This document shows positions 22,536 to 36,800 of a stretch of DNA of 64,000 nucleotides, in pieces. The position numbers and the translations under genes were made by a program. Each line of letters opens with the position of its first letter. Position 1 is the first letter of the stretch. Source of the stretch: Glycera tridactyla (lineage: Eukaryota); the NCBI GenBank assembly GCA_965644265.1, contig OZ286460.1:98952001-99016000 (forward strand). Direction: 5' to 3'. Below the pieces are notes generated by a model that was not told where the DNA came from, made no database searches, and saw nothing but the letters and a program-made list of their open reading frames with translations.

Positions 22536-22792
22536 CTTGGGTATGCATGAAGAGGCACCATACGGAAGCATGCCATAACAGCACGTTTACGTTGTGAAGA
22601 TACAACCTTCTTCCAGGCTTGCTTCATTGATGCAGGAGGGTGCTCTACCAAATGAAGTCCATAAAGCACCTTTGCCATAGCAAGCACTCGCTGAATAGAT
22701 GTATCCAATGTATACTCCACCATACCATCTTTTTTGCTGCCGATCTTCTTGTACAGCTGTTTCTGCCAGGCATTGGCACCATCCTCAGTTTC
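22536..22792 (-). CDS. RyR: RyR exon 18 ETEDGANAWQKQLYKK...VEHP..KQAWKKVVSSQRKRAVMACFRMVPLHAYP (calmodulin-binding helix)
   Basis: 257 nt, phase 0-2, AG|gtcagt; matches RyR1 [23 protein letters not shown]. Confidence 0.97.
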
Positions 22793-23087
22793 CTAATGAC
22801 AAAACATTGATCACCTTAATTCCTGATGGAGTTATACTGCGACTGAAAAAACTTCTAAATATTGTCCGAGGTCGATTTGGAGTGGTTGTGATCCGCACCA
22901 TTTGAATCCTGCTGAACACTATCAAAACTTTTGTAACATCCTTTTGAACTCCAGTTGGTTACACATGAGGAGTATAATAGACAGGACATAACAGAATGAG
23001 CTTTAACAAGACAAGTCAATACTCAGGAGATCTGATGCAGGCACCATTGTGGTGGCACATCAGTGATGTCAAATACAACACACTCAC

Positions 23088-23147
23088 CTTCTCTTCTGAC
23101 TGCAGGCTTGCTTTGAGGAATTCCTCGATGTCTCCTTCAGCTTCTCG
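23088..23147 (-). CDS. RyR: RyR exon 17 REAEGDIEEFLKASLQSEEK
   Basis: 60 nt, gattacag| ... AAG|gtgagt, phase 0-0; position of RyR1 KDTDEEVREFL. Confidence 0.9.
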
Positions 23148-23538
23148 CTGTAATCAAAAATATCATTCCGGGCTTATTTTGCAATCAAATTTTCGGAACT
23201 ATTCAACATTGATGCCAGTACATCACTCACACTTGTGGTTACAAAATGAAATATTGGTTACAAAATGAAATACTGGATTGATCTTCAGCTGGCAATTATT
23301 TCTTGGACAGACCACTCAAACATCATTACCTATGATTAAAAAGGTAGCTGTAGAAACATGCTCAATACAGTGTGACCTTGACATAATATGACCAATCGAA
23401 AGATTACAATTCAACATTAATCAATCATATAATCTAAGGATATCATGATCAATGCACAAATAGGATTTATCTAGAAGGGTCCATGATTGCAACTAAAAAG
23501 CGCTATAATTATCAATCAATAAGAATTCAAAAGCTAAA

Positions 23539-23576
23539 AACTATAATACCCCGCTTCGAAGAAAGCGGGGTATAAA
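23539..23576 (+). repeat. Solo 3' hairpin end of the Helentron-like element
   Basis: aactataataccccgcttcgaagaaagcggggtataa closely resembles 48951-48987. Confidence 0.65.
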
Positions 23577-24588
23577 AATACAACAGTAATATAATGATTA
23601 GGATAGTTCATCTTCCCTTCCTGTTTTACTTCACCTTGGAGAGTCCTCACAAGAAGTCCAATATCATGACTATACATTACCTTGAATTTTTAGGAAGAAA
23701 TAGGGACATATGCTTTGAGTATAAACTTCCCAATGATCATTTTTGTATTTCAGCTAAGAAAGCTTAAATGTCGCTTATTGTAAAACCATATGATAGTTGC
23801 TGAACAGCTGCTTTCGATGGGTGAACAAAATTCCCCAGTAACCATCATTATGAAAATTGAGAATATTGGCATTCCGGGTGGTACAGTCTGATCATTGCCC
23901 CAGCCACAATACTAATAGTAAATAACGAGTAACGGAATCCATGCTGTGGATTAACATCAAAACTTGTCCAGTCACATTGAATCTGACAGTTGAAGAACTC
24001 ATTCTATCAACCACACAGAGATAACTGTAACTGTGTCAGAAGTTACTAGGCATCTGAGCCAACAAGATCCATTGTGATGGATTATGGAAAGATAATGGGA
24101 ATTGACCACCAGTTGAATGTATGATAATCAATTGCAAAAACACCTCTCATTCAAGTTTTTCTTACATTGCTGAAGGGAAGCTAGTACACCATTGCTTGAA
24201 AGGTTTTTCAGCAACATTTTCTATTCCATACATGTATATCAGTTACAGCTAGGAAGTCAGATGTCCACAGCAATCATTGGCAACTCAAAAATCTTTTGAT
24301 GCAATTCATCAGGTGAATTCTGAAGTGCCTCCCAATCTCCAATAACAACTACACACATACTGCGGTGATGATTTCAGGAGTGGACTGAATGAGGTTTCAT
24401 AAGTCAGTGTACTGAAGGAAATTGTATGAAATATCCTAACATCATATCATGATAGATAACTTCATTCAATCAAATTAAACACCTGGCTTACCCATATGTA
24501 TACTGTTAAGATGGTAGATTTATTCTATGTCTTACATTTGAATGTAAAATGAATTTCCAAGACTGGGAAGACATCCCAGACAGCTATA

Positions 24589-24737
24589 CAGCAGGCTGTT
24601 CAGTTGAGCTAACAGAGAAAACGTTCGCCAAATCCCCTATCAAATATTCATTATCTCAAGTGTGTCAGAAAAGAAAGGGGACCCTGTTTCCATTACAAAA
24701 CGTTAGGTATTGTTAGCTGCAACTGAACACACTGCTG
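24589..24737. mobile_element. R1 MITE-like copy (the clearest example; others at about 30291-30433, 31050-31210, 37260-37480, 43262-43412, 45054-45345, 50989-51144)
   Basis: TIRs cagcaggctgttcagttgagctaaca / tgttagctgcaactgaacacactgctg. Confidence 0.75.
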
Positions 24738-27700
24738 CTCATCCCAAATTATCAGTACTGATTCATTCATAATAAAATATGTCCATACGACAGTTGTTTG
24801 ATTAAGGGTAATTCACTAGACTGTACTCCACCCCATGCAATAGTCAGATTTCGCATGAAACTGAAGGCATACTTATCACTGTACCATCTGTTTACAATTT
24901 ACAAATCTACTCACGATAGAACATCTTTTCCTCTCTGAACGTCATACAATTACAATCCTGCAATTTCTCTTGGCTAGGGCATGCTTAATTCCTGAATGAC
25001 GAATATACATATGGATGGAAGTCTCCCTAAAGTGGAAAACATTGTATTTGGATGTTGTAACCAGCAGTCAAGGTAAGGTTCAAGGGATCTGGTTGGAGGT
25101 AGCGGTATTATCTTGAAACCATGCAGTATCTTATCTAAAGGGTTTGCAGGTTAGAGATATGAAGCAAATCATCCGGCCATATGACCAATCAACAAATGGC
25201 AAATAAATCCATGATTTTGATGTCAATTATTTTCACCTTACTGAAGATAATATGCATGTAGATGATCCGAAACTCAAATTCCGATAATACTAGACTAGGA
25301 AAGTAATACTCTGGGAAATTCCATAGATGTCATATCAAAACAACTGAAAAGAACACCCTTTCTGTGTGACAGAACATCCAATTTGACACATACTGAATTT
25401 CAGAAGTTCAATTCAACTGTGTAGCTTATGATAACCTGGGCATACTCCCTCACCAGTCATAAAGAGCTGCAACAAATACAGATATATCATGGTGACTTGT
25501 TTGTGTTCAAGGTGCCATCACCCTAAATATGAGGCAAGAGTCACAACCTACCGAAGCATGATTCCAGATTATCCTGCTCTATTGTCAGGTAGAGTCAAAA
25601 GATGTTTGATATTCTATATTCTGTGTGAAGTAATTTCAATGTGGTCAAAACAATCATTAGGTACCAGAAGGACTCACCAAAATTGAATCATCACAGACTG
25701 ATGAATAGAGTCAGTGAAAGAACCGATGCAATTTCCCATGATAATACATGCCACAAATTGCATTATCACAATGCGCAACACCACAGTTATATGGCCTTGC
25801 CCCCAGAGTAGATCATAGGTTTAACAACTTGCATTCTATGACACTTCCATTTATGGTAGAATGATAATCACAAGTCAAAATAATGGTTTACAATACATTT
25901 ATGTAAAGATATTCCATAAATTTTATGTGCAAGTGGAAAGCGAGCTAATAATTTTCAGACATTTAAAAATTGCACAAATGAGCAAGTGAAGCAAATCAAA
26001 CTGAGAGCAGGACGGTTATTCCTTCCCAACTATCACCAATAAAATAGATTCAACACTACCTCCACTAGTATCGAGAATGAATTCGGTGGGGTTGATACAC
26101 TTCATGAATGGACAACAAAGTCATATATGCAATGGCTGTTAAGGCGTGTTTCAAAGGGAAACTGAACTGGGAGTAGATAAATCACAAGTCTGGATCAAAC
26201 CTCCCACCACTAACCAAACATAGATGAATGAAGATTACATTGAATACATGACTGACTGGAACTCAGCAATGTAACCAATCTCCATATCATCAGAATTAGT
26301 CCTATTCAAGGACTCATACATCATGAGATCTATATTAGCAAAATATTGCAATATTAATCGGTCCCAATCATTGGTTGCAGCTAGATTATGTTTGCGGGAT
26401 TACACTGCATCAACTGACAGTCAAACATACAAAATCAATGTTCATTCAATCCACAGTATGAATCATTATATCTCCTTGATCTAAATTGTGATCAAGATAA
26501 TGCACCTCATGATAATGCACTAGAACTGAATTACACCAAAATAAAATGCAACAGATATGAGGTGAATGAGTGCAAAACTAAATATTGTAGTGCCAAGAGA
26601 GTGGAATTGACCCAAACCATACTAAGTGACAGAGCAAATGAATTCATGACACTTTCACATTGGAGCATTCAATGAGTTTTGATGATGATATATCACCGGA
26701 AACTCTGCCATTGTCCACACCAAAAAAGGAGAATGACGAAAATGATGCAGGGTTCTCTCTATAGAATATCATTTCAGCTACAGCTAATTGGTGAAGTCAA
26801 ATGCTGAAGACAAATTTGATTGGGACTAATCAGTTTCATTTCTGATGGTACAGAAGTGGTGGTGATGGCTCCTAATTTCATTTTTTCCTGGTGAAAAAAT
26901 GCAATAGAAATCAATAAGGCATGGCAATGCCATTCATTTTCCATCATATTTGACTGAATCAATGAAATGCCTACTGATTTCAACAAAATTATTTCCATCT
27001 TTCTAAAAGGATTTTCATCCTAGAGGGTATCCAGATATTGATCATCAATCGAACACAGAAATGGGAAATGCTGGTCAGTCAATAGACCAGCATGTTTGTT
27101 CTGTATGACTCCTAAAAACTATCATCCTTCCAGTTGATCCCTATTTTCAGCAATTTCTGGTAGACAGGCACTCATGTTTGACAATAATCTATTGTTCTAT
27201 ATAATATACCAGTAGAGTGATGAATTCTAGAGCTGAGGCACAAGCTTGATGAGAATAAGTTATTGCAGGAAAAGTCAACAGAAGGCTGGTGACGCAACAG
27301 AATGAAATCACATGAATGAAAAGAATGCTGACTGATGAAGAACTTCATTTGTTGTACCTTTTCTTCTTAAAATTGTATTTGTCATGATGGTGCACATTCC
27401 ACCCCAATCCTCAAAACACTGCATGAAGTTTGACTGTCTGGTCAATGCAGATTGGAAGCAAATCAGGGAACAAAAGCAATAGATGGTGATGACACTATGC
27501 CAATACTACCAAACTCAGGGCAAACGCAGCTAGTTATCTATTGTGTACATCATAAAACACATTCTAATCACACGTCAAAGTCTAATAGTCAGTAAAACTA
27601 CCAAAGAAAATCACTCAATCAAATTATGGTTCTCTCTTGCAGTCATAACTATCATCTGTTTCAATGCCAGCCTCTTGTGACTATTCAATCAACCATATTT

Positions 27701-30562
27701 GTTTGTACTACAAATAGAACCCTGAAGAATATTGTACCCAGGAGGAAGAAATGATAGAACATAACCAAAAAACCTAAAATTTATCATCTATTTTGTCTCA
27801 CTGAATCTCATGATTTGCAAATAATATGCATTTTAATATGATTCAGATTTATTCTGTAATGGATTCAATTCAGAAACTGGAGGTTATGGCTTCATTTAGC
27901 AAAATTCAGTACATCCATTACAAATTGGTGAGGAAATTCAGTGGATGATCACCTTAAAATGTTTTGTTCCATGAAAAATATGATTTACAGGAGAGCATTT
28001 TTGAACAGAATTCAGTCACAGCATTGAAATATCACATTGAAACCTGATGAATACCAATCGGGGATAAGTGTGATACTAGGATATCATGGGGCTTCTCTGT
28101 CAACTAAAGGCATGGCAGATGGCATTGGCTGGCGTACACTTTTTGAAGATATGACAAATGTTGGAGTTACATACAATCAAAGATTAGATTCACATGCCCC
28201 ATATACCCCAGGCAAAATGTTCAGGATCATTACCCATCATTCCATGAACAGATAATTGCTATAATATCATAATAGTCAAAAGCTTCTCTAGGCACCTATT
28301 TCTGAATGGCAATGAAAGCAACAATAAAAACCGCCGCTGACATGAACTGCCTTCATTTGGCTCCAAGAGCACTTGTGCAATGGTCGATATACATGGTATC
28401 AGAGACATGAATGATGAAAACACTGAAAGCATTAGCATACATAACTGATTGTTCATTGATTCAAACAGTTTAGCAACACAGCATCACTACTTGAAGCTTA
28501 TAGTAAATGATGATGGAAGACAGTTCGTTTCGTCTACATTCAAGCACATTCCCAAAACAGTTGCAAAATCTGGACAGGCAAAGTATACTTCTATTTGCCA
28601 TAGCAACTAAAATATCATGAATCTATCAACTGCCAACTACAGCAAACTAGAACTATCAAATCATTGATTCTGCAGGCATGCTTCCTCTGCTGGTCATCAT
28701 CCCTCCATAACCAGCATAATAATACTTGATACATGCACTTGAAAATTAGATCATTCTGTAATGATGGTAGAAAAATGTCATGGCTACCAGGACAAGATGG
28801 AGTTAAAGTCAGAGCCAATTGAGCAAAGCTTGCTTGAAATATTCATGAGCCGAAAACAAGCATGCCATCAATACAATTGACTTCTCATGGACAAGGCAAG
28901 CTTCAACCATATATGTTGATTCTGTATGGCCAAGGGTAAATCCAGTTGCATTGCTGCGACTATCAAGGGATAGTCTTCAAGCCCATGAATGATAATCATC
29001 ACTTTGACATTGTCTAAATTGATGCCCCACTGCTGTACAAATGTGCATGGTCCTCCATGTGTGAAATGGCGGGAGACATCACCTTGGGTGTGTGAATTAT
29101 TGCATGTGATTTTCAGCACTATTTGAAGTGATACTAATTGCACAGATCACTTCTTAGATCACTGGAAATATCACATTCTGTAGGACCCATTATAAATGAC
29201 ACATAACAACCATATTGGTCCGAATAGACATTTGGGAGTTTTGGTCTATAAGCCTACGCAAATCATTCATAGTGTAGTCTGGCAGTTGAGATTCGAAAAG
29301 CCAGTCCAATGCATCTGAGAATAGGGACAGGAAAATGAAATCTCGGGGTTTAAAATGGTGCATCTGGGTCATAAATCAACAGTCAAGGTGAAATAAAGAC
29401 AGGGGCTATGTTGGTTCAATAGTGGTCTAACACCGGTCTGTCAGATGTTGCCCTTGCGTTGAATGAAAATTTTGATACTGTTGAGTTGTATGAAACCTAT
29501 CACAAAGATAAAAATGGAAAAAAATTGATGACAACAATTCATGTAGGAGTTTGTATCAATAAGTAAATGGAAGGATGATGTGTTGTGTTACAAAGCAGAT
29601 AACTACTCCTTCTCCCTCTCAAGCTATGTTCATAGCATAAATGGTTAAATGGAAACAAACCAAATTTGGGTTGTCAGGGCAACATAAAACATACCTGTAA
29701 CAGTTTTAAACCACCCTAGAATAATCAAGGGTCATAAATGATAAAGTGAATACCTCAACTGCTTGCAATACTCACATTTCTAACTTCATTCTAAAAATCA
29801 CATCAATGGCCATGACAATTAAAACGTATCGACAACTGCTAACATTGTAATTTGAATTCAACTGACTCGTGAAGCAACAGGCTGAATACATTCATAAATG
29901 AAATATCAGAATAAAAAATATATGAAATCATTTAGAATACAAATTCCAATTGGGGACCTCACAAATGGAACACGGAAATGCAAAACATGGACATTGTGAT
30001 GCGAACATGGACACTGCTAAGTGCATACCAGAGATAGGTGATATTTTTGCAAATCAACAAACAATGACACAGCATGCCGAAGGCTATCTGCAATGGGATA
30101 TATGACTGGTATAATTCATAGCAGAATACTGCTGCTATGGGAAGAATCTAACATCTCCAATGTTCGGCTAATGTTCACCAAAATCATGAAACTACAGCAG
30201 TCTCCATACATACACTTCGAAGGCAATCCCTGATATTCTTCTCAATCATCTACATACAGCAGATTATCCAAATACTTCATATCAAACATTCAGGCTGTTT
30301 GATTTGGTTAACAGAGAGGATCTTTGCAAAATCTCCCACCAACTATTCAAGTCTGACAAAAGAGAATAGCGACCCATTCTCCATCACAAAATTTTACAAA
30401 AATTAGCAACCGTAAGCTGTGACTTAACAGCCTAGGACAGTTTGGCTACCGCTTGATTGTAGAAATATTGTCAATCCAGTACATGCCTTGTGGAGGATAA
30501 GTCAAAAGATCCAATTTGTCTTTCTAGGTGGCAGGACTATCACTGACCATAAGAAAGCAATA

Positions 30563-30856
30563 GGGATGACGTCATCAACAGGCGGATACGAATCGCAGGT
30601 GTGTATGCAGATTGTTGAGACTTTGTCAACGAGGTCACGAGCCGAGCACAAGATCGTCGATAATCTGCTACAATTGTCACTCAGCTGAATGCTACAATTG
30701 TCACTTAGCTGAAATCGCTCAGGGGGAGTGTTCAGCTGATAGATAATAGTAGCAGACGGTTGACAATCTAGCATTCAGCTTGTGACCTTGTTGACAGATT
30801 ATCGTCAATCCATGGGCATACTCGCAAGTTGTCCTCGCCTGTCGATGATGTCACCC
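30563..30856. mobile_element. Family R3 MITE-like element with about 45-bp TIRs (fragments at about 3705-3830, 19670-19790, 37050-37230, 44170-44250, 44545-44670)
   Basis: gggatgacgtcatcaacaggcg at the left end matches the reverse complement of cgcctgtcgatgatgtcaccc at the right end; there is a short internal tandem duplication. Confidence 0.7.
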
Positions 30857-33800
30857 AAATCACTTGGTTAGGTCCGGGATATGCCCGCAATCTGGATCAG
30901 AGGAACTGTTGATAATATTATACTAAACAAGTTTGGCTAATTGATACCTCCACAGCACATCTGCAGGATAATCAGAATAGAAACAATTGAGACAGCTGAG
31001 CCCATCCCTGATGGTCAGACTCAATTTCTGCATTCTAATTACTTCATTCCAGCAGGCTTTCCAGTTGCAGCCCCTTGCCTGAAGCTTTTTTTAACTGTTT
31101 GTGATGAAAATAGGGTCCACATACTTTTTTTTGACACACTCGAGATAGAGAATATTTGGTAGGGGATTCAGTGATTGCATTCTTCACTAGCCAAACATAT
31201 TAGCCTGCAGGTAGAGAATGCCATCCTTGTAACATCCTCATATGAATCTCAAGTAAACAATGTTTACTACTGCTGTTAAAGATCTAATATTTGTTTTTTT
31301 CAGTATGAACACTTGAAGCATTTCTGTCACCAGAACTATGAAATGTTTCAGCCATAAGTATCTACTTCACACACCTGTTCCAAGTTGTCTATTCTGTAGA
31401 TAAAGAAGCTATGGAGAGAACATGAAACTCTCCTTGATACAAGTGGAGAATAACCGAGTGAATCCGAATTACACTCAGTAAATTGCCCCTGACCAGACCT
31501 GATCAATCATCTTGCTATCTGCAAAATCCCCCCATAAGCATGGTTGGGATACATCAATTATGATATGAGCTGTATCATAAGATATCAATAAAATAGCATG
31601 CTTGCAGGAAGGGTCTGGGCGAAGACATTACTGCTTCACCACGGCATCATAGCTGTCATTGACAGAATACCACTTTTTTCTGCTGATCAAAACTGGTGAA
31701 TGCATATTGTAAGACTTATCATGACATTGATCACTGCCAAGATATATCGTATAATTGAATGATACATCGAGCATTTGATTGCATAATGAAAGTGAACAGA
31801 ATGCAAAAACATTCATCAGAAAGTCGGTAACCTGCAAAAAAAATCAACCGTATTGAAGATGAGTGAATGGTTCCCCTCTCGATTACACACTCCCATAACA
31901 GTGAGATCATTTTCAGTCTGTTGAAGCTATTAACTCAGGACTTACATACACTTATGCATATGAGTAGGTCATATGCAGCCCTTTCGACAGCATAAACCAG
32001 GCATGACTTACAATAGCTAATTGTTATATCTATGCAACCAAAATAAAACAACATAGGCAGCCTCTAAAATTATTCTTGTCAGCAGTAGCAACATCATATG
32101 ATTAGTGTTTAATTTGAGATTCATAGCTGTTCTGTCCATTATAGCTCTATATATGTTGGAGACAGCTGTAAAAACTGACAAGTATGATGGAACTGTGGAT
32201 CAGCATTTGGGTGGATAGACCTCTCATTGCGTGGATCATGACAACTGAGACACCACAATCTTTTTGACTACAGGAAATGGATGGAATGATTTAGGACATC
32301 AATTTACATAATCTCACCCCAAACCTCTGAAGTCATCATGATTTACCTGATGACTGCAATGTTATGGTCCGCTTAAAACATAACAAGGGTCATCGGTGAC
32401 TAGCCGCTTGAAACCATGTGGCATTTCATTGCCATGATGCAATATTTCAGAACTTTGGATAGGGATGAACACCCTGGATAAGTACACCCAAATGCTGTCC
32501 AAGAGAAGGCACAGACAAACAAATGGTGATCTGAGCAGCATTATTTGCACCATCACTACATGCAAAGCGTGAGCCAGTTCATAGTCATATTATGATTCAA
32601 CTCCATTCAAAATCTGAATTAAAAATGAAATGGGATGTACACTGTGAGACAAGCATACAAATGAGATATCCTAGCACATACCAATGTTAATTATTCAATA
32701 CTGAAATATTTATCAATTTCTGTAATTTTGAATAGAGTTTTTGTAACAGTGTATCATCTTTTGAGTGTATTTGAAACAATTGTACAAATTCAAAATTGAA
32801 GGAAGCTAAAAAAATCGATCGTATATCAGTGTTCCTAATTGATCTATTGCACTGACCCCGGAAATAGATTTGATCCAAGGTCTTGGTAATGGTCAGCTTG
32901 GACCGACAATAATAAAGGAATTGTTGACAGAAAGAAGAAACGTTCTTATCTCATAATCAGCTCTTATAGTATATTGTCTTACCAAAATTATAAGCAGAAA
33001 TCAAGAAAACTCTCGAATGTGTGAGAACAAACATCATGGTAATATCAGGTGGGATCAGAACCTATGGTAAAATCCAGAGAATTACACAAAGCTCACATGC
33101 CCTCCGGTTGATGCATGTATGTGCCACCCCCTTACAGAGAATGCATCAATGTGCTGCATGGTTTAATCAGAACAGAAATGTTCTTACACTCATTTCTGGT
33201 GACTGATATGGTCAATGACCATTGCATAATTCTTTGGAATTTCGAATATAAAGAAATAATAACTAGGTTAAAACACAATTGGAAAGAAAGGAAATACAAA
33301 TAAAAAGATCAAAATTGATCTGAATGCTCCAGTACTGAAGCAACACATACTCTCCAATTGGATAATATTGGGATTGGGCCGATTCTCAAATATCGTTTGG
33401 ACCCTGGATATCGGGCCCAAATTGCATGAGCAGTCTTTTATGCAAATGACCACTGTATGATAGGATTACAGTTTTATGTCTTTTCAGACATAAAATAAAA
33501 TTTTTGATCACAGTATTGACTCACGACTCAATCAATTGACCATTTATGTCCCTTACAGCATGGATGTGTATGAGTGTTCCCAAAAGTTTATATGATTGGT
33601 TGGTTGGTTCTGGTTTAACGTCACATCAGCAACATCTGAGGTATATTGTGATACCCATGCATGTGCATGCATGGATATAGCTATGTATTTGAGTGTATTG
33701 TTCATTACAGTCCCCTAAAAATAGTGAGGGAATAAATTTTCATCATATACGGAATAGATGATGTGATTATCCCAAACATGATTTTTATTACTGGCAGAGG

Positions 33801-36800
33801 CAGTCATATACTCATGCAACAAGTGTGCATGGCTGAAGTTCGAATGCACACTGGCAAAATTCACCTACAAAAATTTATATGGGTTACAACATTGATAAAC
33901 ATTTAACATGATCCCAAGATCGCATCTCTACAGAAGCCATCTGCCCACAAAGGCCACTTTCCACATGACTGGTAGTCATTTGTGTCACAAATATCATTGA
34001 AGCATTCTGTCTACAAACCTCCTATGAATAAATTTGACCTTTCTAGACAGGTTTGATTCTGAATAGCTCCAGGTTTGTTTATTCTAAAATATGTGGAGTT
34101 GTTAACATTTTTCAACATTTGGAATAACTCTTGTTCAGTCATGTCAATGTAGGCTCATAGATATTAGTAAGATCATTTGTTGTAGCCTGGAATATCAATG
34201 CAATGCCCAGTGCTAAGCAGTTACATTAGTTGGCTATGACCGAAGAAGTCCGACTAATAGCAGGCAAGAGTCAACTGCCAATCACAGGTAACTGGGGCCA
34301 GGCAATATCAATTAATGAATAGCCAAAAGACCAGCAAGACAACCCTTGATCTAAAACATTAGACACTCATGGTTACGTATTTAGTTGGATAGAAAATATA
34401 ACAAGATGGATTTGGCTTCGACATGCTTGCTTGCAATGAATACAAGTCTCAACTACTCTGCATCTTGCAGAATAATCGAATATTGACACCCTGACTTGCG
34501 GATGAGCAACATGTTGCAAGCCTATTAAAATATTTCACTCCTAAATCATTGCAATCAAATTTCCTTTTGAATCTGACAAATTCAGCCTCAACTGAAGTGT
34601 ATAGTGTGAACTATCATCAAGCAAACATGATCGAAAAAAATAAAAAAAGGCAAGAGAATTGTCAGTGAAATCGGTGAAGAAATGGTGAGCTGACCTATTC
34701 ACTGAAGTTGATCATGGCAGTGCATCTCAAAACTCAATACAATTCTTTTGACGTTTATGATTGTTTTATAACAGTTCAGATATTCACCAGCCATTGGTCC
34801 TTACGGAATGGGCATCACAAGCTAGACACAAAATGTCTCATGGGAAACCTTTGTCCACATTCCCTAAATTTAGAGCAAATCATGACAAGTGGGTTATTCC
34901 CCCCCCCCCCCAAGGAGTAATACATATGGCAATCAGCAGTCCCCTCCCACATTTATTCTATAATTAGGAACATGAGAAATCTCTATGAATGTTTGGTGAA
35001 CAAATCATGGCACAAGAAATAACTGTCAGACTAACAAGCTAACAGTTAACATTCAACCAAAATATATATCTTATCATAACTCATTCCTCAAAAATATTTC
35101 ATAACTATTCCAATATTCAGGTGGGATTCGGGGGTGAAACTAGTAAATTTTCATGAATGACAAAAAGGTTGTATAAAGAATGTACACAGATAGAAATGAC
35201 CTGCAGTACATTGCTCTTCTGACAAGACAGGGTTGGCAAGCATTAACTTAGCTAGAAAAAAAGTGCGCAGGAGGCGCAACATCAGCTCAACTCATCTCAC
35301 AGATGTAAGATAGATAGATAGATAGATAGATAGAGTGAACGCAGCGGTATGTGAATGAAAACAGGGAACACTAAAGTAAGCACATCGGAACGATTCTTGC
35401 ATGAAAGATTTGTGTCGGCAGACATTCTTCCTGGTCATAGCGCTGAAAAAGAAAATGAACAAAGCTCACGTCAAGAAACAATATCTACACTCAGGCACAT
35501 AAATTGGGGTGAGGAAAGTGTTAGGAATAGCCCGGGGAGATCAGGAAAAAGTCAGCAGGTGTTCGAAAGCTGAGATGGAATTCTGCCCATTTTGATTAAT
35601 CTGACAGGCCATACTTGACAAATCACTGAAAGCTGAAAAACCGCAGGGATGGATTGATTCCAATTGATATGGAATCACACTTCTGATAGTCCTGGTTCCA
35701 ATAATTATGGAGTCACACTCCAGACAGTCTTAGTTCCATAATTCCAGAGATGATATCAGGACTGTAATGTCTATGTGAGTGACAGTAAAATATGTGCATG
35801 AGGAGGGTAGCAATCTCCTGAATAGATGCAGACTTATAATCAGTCAAAATGGCAGTGTGATATAATGGTTCTGACTTTCGACAAGACGTCCTTGCAAAAT
35901 TGGGGGCCATGCTACGATGATATATGGGCAATGTATAGTGAGTAATGATGAAGGATATAAGAGTCTTTCCAATCATGGCTCTACGGTGAACACAGAGTCT
36001 AGAGTTTACTATGTGATTATAGTCTAATGTCTCCTATGTGATTATAATTCGGTATTAGGTTAAAATTAGGGGATTTTCACTAATATTCACATGGAAATGA
36101 TCTGGCAATTTGGTGTATGATAAGAACAGTATGTCCTTCATGTACTTTAACAATGATGACCATGGAAGCTAATGCTGAATGCCTGCTTCACATAAAAAAT
36201 ACTGACCCAAATCTATGTAGACTTACCACCCACAGCATTGAGTTATGATATAGTACATGGGTGGGTTGACTGGTTATATTCCATTGTATCAGCACCATCT
36301 GGGCTATACTGAGATGTGAATGAATTGGGCATGTGTGTGGGGTCATTCAAGGCTCTCCATTCATCTCTGATAGATGAAATTTATCAAATATACAGACAGT
36401 CCTGGCTGAAATCCAATCTGAGGTTCTTCAAAGCTCACAATTAATTTTTTGCTTTAAGTAAAATGACAGAGTCATGGGTAACAGACATTTCCATTCAATT
36501 TGTCACGAAGAATTGATCCCTATTCATGAATGGCATATGCTGACTTCATATCAAAGGCTTTGTAATAAATCATCTACATTTTATTGTGGAATGTCTAAAT
36601 ATATATAACATAATGAGGCTGAATCAAGTGGGCAATGAGCCATGGACCATTATTGCATAGATAACCTATCTATGAAGCTATATCTCATATCATGGACCAT
36701 GTTTGACTGCTAAAAAGTTATCAGTCCACTCTGGAGTCACCAACTAAATGTAATTACAAAGAATTGGTAACAATAGCCTTCAAAATTGTGGTTCTTTACC

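Noticed and set aside
23320-33870. AG|GT recursive-splice-like sites in the large intron (about 23330, 29695, 33857)
   Set aside because: The pyrimidine tracts are short or weak and the frequency is compatible with chance.
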